Shown here one piece after another: positions 58,344-64,000 of a DNA stretch of 64,000 nt. Within the stretch, counting starts at the first letter, position 1; each line of letters opens with the position of its first letter. The DNA lies in NCBI GenBank assembly GCA_964016885.1, contig OZ024747.1, positions 43,524,001-43,588,000 on the forward strand, written 5' to 3'. Made by a program: the position numbers and the translations under genes. The notes under the pieces were generated by a model. The model did not search any database. It was not told where the DNA came from and worked only from the letters and a program-made list of their open reading frames with translations. The stretch comes from Eledone cirrhosa. Taxonomy: Eukaryota.

Positions 58344-60892
58344 GCAGAGTAGTGTAATGTAGTGTAATGTAATGTAGTGTAATGTAGTGTAGTGTAATGT
58401 AGTGTAATGTTTGTGTAGTTTAATGTAGTGTAGTGTAATGTAGTATAATGTAATGTAGTTTAATGTAGTGTAATGTAGTGTAATGTAGTGTAATGTAGTG
58501 TAGTGTAGTGTAGTGTAATGTAGTGTAATGTAGTGTAATGTAATATAGTGTAATGTAATGTAGTGTAATGTAGTGTAATGTATTGTAGTGCAATGTAGTG
58601 TAATGTAGTGTAATGTAGTGTAATGTAGTGTAATGTAGTGTAATGTAGTGTAATGTAGTGTAGTGTAATGTAGTGTAATGAAGTGTAGTGTAATGAAGTG
58701 TAATGTAGTGTAATGTAATATAGTGTAATGTAATGTAGTGTAATGTAGTGTAATGTATTGTAGTGCAATGTAGTGTAAGTAGTGTAATTTAGTGTAGCAT
58801 AATTTAGTGTAATGTAGTGTAGTTTTGTCTAGTGTAATGTAGTGTTATGTAGTGTAGTTTTGTGTAGTATAATGTAGTGTAGTGTAATGTACTATAATGT
58901 AGTGTAATGTAGTTTAGTGTAGTGTAGTGTAGTGTAGTGTAGTGTAGTGTAGTGTAGTGTAGTGTAGTGTAGTGTAGTTTTGTGTAACGTAGTGTAATGT
59001 AGTGTAATGTAGCATAGTGTAGTGTAACGAAGTGTAGTGTAATGTAGTGTAGTATAAATTAGTGTAGTGTAGTGTAGTGTAGTGTAGTGTAGTGTAGTGT
59101 AGTGTAGTGTAGTGTAGTGTAGTGTAGTGTAGTGTAGTGTAGTGTAGTATAATGTAGTGTAGTGTAGTGTAATGTAGTTTAATGTAGTGTAGTGTAATGT
59201 AGTGTAGTGAAATGTAATGTAGTGTAATGTAATATAGTGTAATGTAGTGTAATGTAGTGTAGGGTAATGTAGTGTAGTGTAATGTAGTATAATGTGGAGT
59301 AGTTTTGTGTAGTGTAATGTAGCGTAGTGTAATGTAATCTAGTGTAATGTAATGTAGTGTAATGTAATGTAGTGTAATGTAGTGTATTGTAATGTAGTGT
59401 AGTGTAACGTAGTGTAAAGTCATGTAGTGTAATGTAATGTAGTGTAATGTAGTGTAGTGTAATGTAGTGTAATGTGATGTAGTGTAATGTAGTGCAGTGT
59501 AATGTAGTGTAATGTAGTGTAATGTAATGTAGTGTAATGTTGTATCATGTGGTGTAGTTTTGTGTAGTGTAATGTAGTGAAATGTAGAGAAATGTAGTGT
59601 AATGTAGTGTAGTGTAATGTAGTGTAATGTAGTGTAATGTAGGGTAGTGTAATGTACTGTAGTGTAATGTAGTGTAATGTAGTGTAGTGTAATGTAGTGT
59701 AATGTAGTGTAGTGTAATGTATGGTAGTGTAATGTAGTGTAATGTAGTGTTGTGTAATTTAATGTAATGAAGTGTAGTTTAATGTAGAGTAATGTATTCT
59801 AACGTAGTGTAATGTAGTGTAGTGTAGTGTAATTTAGTGTAATGTAGTGTAGTGTAATGTAGTATAGTGTAATGTAGTGTAGTGTAATGTAGTGTAGCAT
59901 ATTGTAATGTAACGTATTGTAATGTAGTGTAATGTGGTGTAGTTTTGTGTAGTGTAATGTAGTGTAGTGTAGTGTAGTGTAATGTAGTGTAATGTAGTGT
60001 AGTGTAATGTAGTGTAGTGTAGTGTAATGTAGTGTAATATAGTGTAGTGTAGTGTAGTGTAGTATCGTGTAGTGTAGTGTAATGTAATTTTAGTGTAGTG
60101 TAATGTAGTGTAGTGTAATGTAGTGTAGTGTTGTGTAATGTAGTGTAATGTAGTGTTGTGTAATGTAGTGTAATGTAGTGTAGTGTAGTGTAGTGTAGTG
60201 TAGTGTAGTGTAGTGTAGTGTAGTGTAGTGTAGTGTAGTGTAGTGTAGTGTAGTGTAGTGTAGTGTAGTGTAGTGTAGTGTAGTGTAGTGTACTGTAATG
60301 TAGTGTAGTTTTGTGTAGTGAAGTGTAGTGTAATGCATTGTAATGTAGTGTAGTTTTGTGTAGTGTAATGTAGTGTAGTGAAATGTAGTGTAGTGTAATG
60401 TAATGCAGTGTAGTGTAATGTAGTGTAATGTAGTGTAGTGTAGTGTAGTGTAGTGTAGTGTAGTGTAGTGTAGTGTAGTGTAGTGTAGTGTAGTGTAGTG
60501 TAGTGTAGTGTAGTGTAGTGTAGTGTATATAAAGTAATGTAGTGTAATGTAGTATAATGTAGTGTAAAGTAGTGTAATGTAATGTAGTTTAGTATAATGT
60601 AGTGTAGTTTTGTGTAGTGTAATGTAGTGTAATGTAGTGTAACGTAGTGTAGTGTAATGTAGTGTTATGTAGTGTAATGCAGTGTAATGTAGTGTAATGT
60701 AGTGTAGTGTAATGTAGTGTAATGTAGTGTAATGTTATATAATGTAGTGTAAATAGTATAGGGAAATGTAGTGTAATGTAAAGCAGTGTAGTGTAGTGTA
60801 AATCAATGTAGTGTAGTGTAGTGCAAATCAGTGTAGTGTAGTGTAGTATAATGTAGTGTATAGTAGCATAATGTAGTGTTGTATAGTGTAGT

Positions 60893-61018
60893 ACAGGATA
60901 GCATAGTGTAGTGCAACACTGTTACTAAATAAGATGTTGTCTAAATTAGACAGGAGTTGTTTTCCACCATATCACTCTCTCTATATATATGTAGCACTAC
61001 CATAGCATGGTTCATGAT
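60893..61018. repeat. Satellite island copy 5 (type B)
   Basis: As copy 3, with an altered 3' junction. Confidence 0.95.
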
Positions 61019-63684
61019 GTAATGTAGTGTAATGTAGTGTAATGTAATGTAGTGTAATGTAGTGTAGTGTAATGTAGTGTAATGTTTGTGTAGTTAAATG
61101 TAGTGTAGTGTAATGTAGTGTAATGTAATGTAGTTTAATGTAGTGTAATGTAGTGTAATGTAGTGTAGTGTAATGTAGTGTAATGTAGTGTAATGTAGTG
61201 TAATGTAGTGTAGTGTAGTGTAGTGTAATGTAGTGTAATGTAGTGTAATGTAATATAGTGTAATGTAATGTAGTGTAATGTAGTGTAATGTATTGTAGTG
61301 CAATGTAGTGTAATGTAGTGTAATGTAGTGTAGTGTAATGTAGTGTAATGTAGTGTAATGTTGTGTAATGTAGTGTAATGTAGTGTAGTGTAATGTAGTG
61401 TAATGAAGTGTAGTGTAATGAAGTGTAATGTAGTGTAATGTAATATAGTGTAATGTAATGTAGTGCAATGTAGTGTAATGTATTGTAGTGCAATGTAGTG
61501 TAAGTAGTGTAATTTAGTGTAGCGTAATTTAGTGTAATGTAGTGTAGTTTGTCTAGTGTAATGTAGTGTTATGTAGTGTAGTTTTGTGTAGTATAATGTA
61601 GTGTAGTGTAATGTACTATAATGTAGTGTAATGTAGTTTATTGTAGTGTAGTGTAGTGTAGTGTAGTGTAGTGTAGTGTAGTGTAGTGTAGTGTAGTGTA
61701 GTGTAGTGTAGTGTAGTGTAGTGTAGTGTAGTGTAGTGTAATATAGAGTAATATAGTGTAGTGTAATGTAGTGTAATGTAGTGTATTGTAATGTAGTGTA
61801 ATGTAGTGTAGTGTAATGTAGTGTAATCTAGTCTAATGTAGTTTAGTTTTCTGTAGTGTAGTGTAATGTAGTGTAGTGAAATGTAGTGTAATGTAGTGTA
61901 GTTTTGTGTAACGTAGTGTAATGTAGTGTAACGATGCATAGTGTAGTGTAATGTAGTGTAGTGTAGTGTAATGTAGTGTAGTGTAATGTAGCGTAATGTA
62001 GTGTAATGTAGTGTAATGTAGTGTAGTGTAGTGTAATGTAGTGTAGTGTAATGTAGTGTAATGTAGTGTAGTGTAATGCAGTGTAATGTAGTGTAATGTA
62101 ATGTAGTGTAATGTAGTGTAAGATAGTGTAGTGTAATGTAATGTAACGTAATGTAGTGTAATGTAATGTAGTGTAGTGTAATGTAGTGTAGTGTAGTGTA
62201 GTGTAGTGTAGTGTAATGTAATGTAATGTAGTGTAGTTTAATGTAATGTAGTGTAATGTAGTGTAATGTAGTGTAATGTAATGTAGTGTAGTGTAATGTA
62301 GTGTAACGTAGTGTAACGTAGTGTAACGTAGTGTAACGTAGTGTTGTGTAATGTAATGTAGTGTAGTGTAATGTAGAGTAATTTAGTGTAATATAGTGTA
62401 ATTTTGTGTCGTGTAGTGTAATGCAGTGTAGTGTAGTGTAGTGTAATGTAGTGAAATGTAATGCAATGTAGTGTAATGTAGTGTAATATATTGTAGTGTA
62501 ATGTAGTGTAATGTAGTGTAATGTAGTGTAGTGTAGTGTAATGTAGTGTAGTGTAACATAGTGTAATGTAGTGTAATGTAGTATAATGTAGTGTAATGTA
62601 GTGTCGTGTAATGTAGTGTAATGTAGTGTAGTGTAATGTACTGTAATGTATTGTAATGTAGTGCAGTGTAATGTAGTGTAATGTAGTGTAGTGTAATGTA
62701 GTGTAATGTAGTGTAGTTTTGTGTAGTGAAATGTAGTGTAGTGTAATGTAGTGTAATGTAGTGTAGTTTTGTGTAGTGTAGTGTTATGTAGTTTAATGTA
62801 GTGTAATGTAGTGTAATGTAGTGTAGTGTATTGTAATGTAGTTTAGTGTAGTGTCGTATAGTGTAGTGTAATGTAGAGTAATATAGTGTAGTGTAATGTA
62901 GTGTAATGTAGTGTAATGTAGTGTAGTGTAATTTAGTGTAGTTTAATGTAGTGTAATGTAATGTATTGTAATGTAGTGTAATGTAGTGTAGTTTTGTGTA
63001 ATGTAGTGTAATGTAGCGCAGTGTCGTGTAATGTAGTGTAGTGTAATTTAGTGTAATGTAGTGTAATATAGTGTAGTTTTGTGTAGTGTAATCTAGTGTA
63101 GTGTAATGTAGTGTAATGTAGTGTAGTGTAATGTAGTGTAATGTATTGTAGTGTAATGTGGTGTAGTGTAATTTAGTGTAATGTAGTGTAGTGTAGTGTA
63201 GTGTAGTGTAGTGTAGTGTAGTGTAGTGTAGTGTAATTACAGTAATTAATATAGTGTAGTGTAATGTAGTGTAATGTAGTGTAGTGTAGTGCAGTGTAGT
63301 GTAGTGTAGTGTAGTGTAGTGTAGTGTATATAAAGTAATGTAGTGTAATGTAGTATAATGTAGTGTAATGTAGTGTAATGTAATGTAGTGCAGTATAATG
63401 TAGTGTAGTTTTGTGTAGTGTAATGTAGTGTAATGTAGTGTAATGTAGTGCAGTGTAATGTAGTGTTATGTAGTGTAATGCAGTGTAATGTAGTGTAATG
63501 TAGTGTAGTGTAATGTAGTGTAATGTTATATAATGTAGTGTAAAGTAGTATAGGGAAATGTAGTGTAATGTAAAGCAGTGTAGTGTAGTGTAAATCATTG
63601 TAGTGTAGTCTAGTGCAAATCAGTGTAGTGTAGTGTAGTATAATGTAGTGTATAGTAGCATAATGTAGTGTTGTATAGTGTAGT

Positions 63685-63811
63685 ACAGGATAGCATAGTG
63701 TAGTGCAACACTGTTACTAAATAAGATGTAGTCCAAATTAGACAGGAGTTGTCTTCCATCATATCACTCTCTCTATATATATGTAGCACTACCATAGCAT
63801 GGTTCATGATA
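63685..63811. repeat. Satellite island copy 6 (type B)
   Basis: As copy 3, but has the type A GTCTTCC variant. Confidence 0.95.
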
Positions 63812-64000
63812 GCAGAGTAGTGTAATGTAGTGTAATGTAATGTAGTCTAATGTAGTGTAATGTAGTGTAGTGTAATGTAGTGTAATGTTTGTGTAGTTTA
63901 ATGTAGTGTAGTGTAATGTAGTGTAATGTAGTGTAATGTAGTGTAGTGTAATGTAGTGTAGTGTAGTGTAGTGTAGTGTAATGTAGTATACTGTAGTGTA

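Larger units (their letters stand above)
30598..64000. repeat. Pentameric satellite (TGTAG/TGTAA)n, more than 33 kb, running off the window end
   Basis: Continuous 5-bp periodicity with recurrent variants (TTTTG, TGCAG, TGAAA, CGTAG). Confidence 0.98.

Noticed and set aside
31359-63807. Long minus-strand ORFs encoding (HYTTL/HYITL)n, up to 719 aa
   Set aside because: The reverse complement of TGTAR has no stop in any frame, so long ORFs are automatic; they occur in all three frames and break at random variants
30598-64000. Telomeric repeat array
   Set aside because: The unit lacks a G-run and is heterogeneous, with higher-order duplications and islands, unlike telomerase products

Overview
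AT-rich, repeat-dominated eukaryotic DNA with no convincing host gene. The repeat complement resembles a cephalopod (octopus-like) genome, but that is an inference. The first ~30.6 kb is a mosaic of microsatellites and retroelements. It holds an apparently intact RTE-clade LINE (AP endonuclease + RT, ORF 4574-7822) whose RT carries an inserted C4HC3 PHD-type finger, several truncated or degenerate RTE copies, two R4/Dong-like LINE remnants, at least three tRNA-derived SINE families (one with an RTE-derived tail), a decayed mariner, three long near-perfect inverted repeats and three minimal hammerhead-ribozyme-like motifs suggestive of Penelope-like element ends. The remaining ~33.4 kb (30.6 kb to the window end) is one pentameric satellite (TGTAG/TGTAA). 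It has 2.3-2.4 kb higher-order duplications and six copies of a conserved ~127-bp non-satellite island. All alignments, counts and folds were done by eye.
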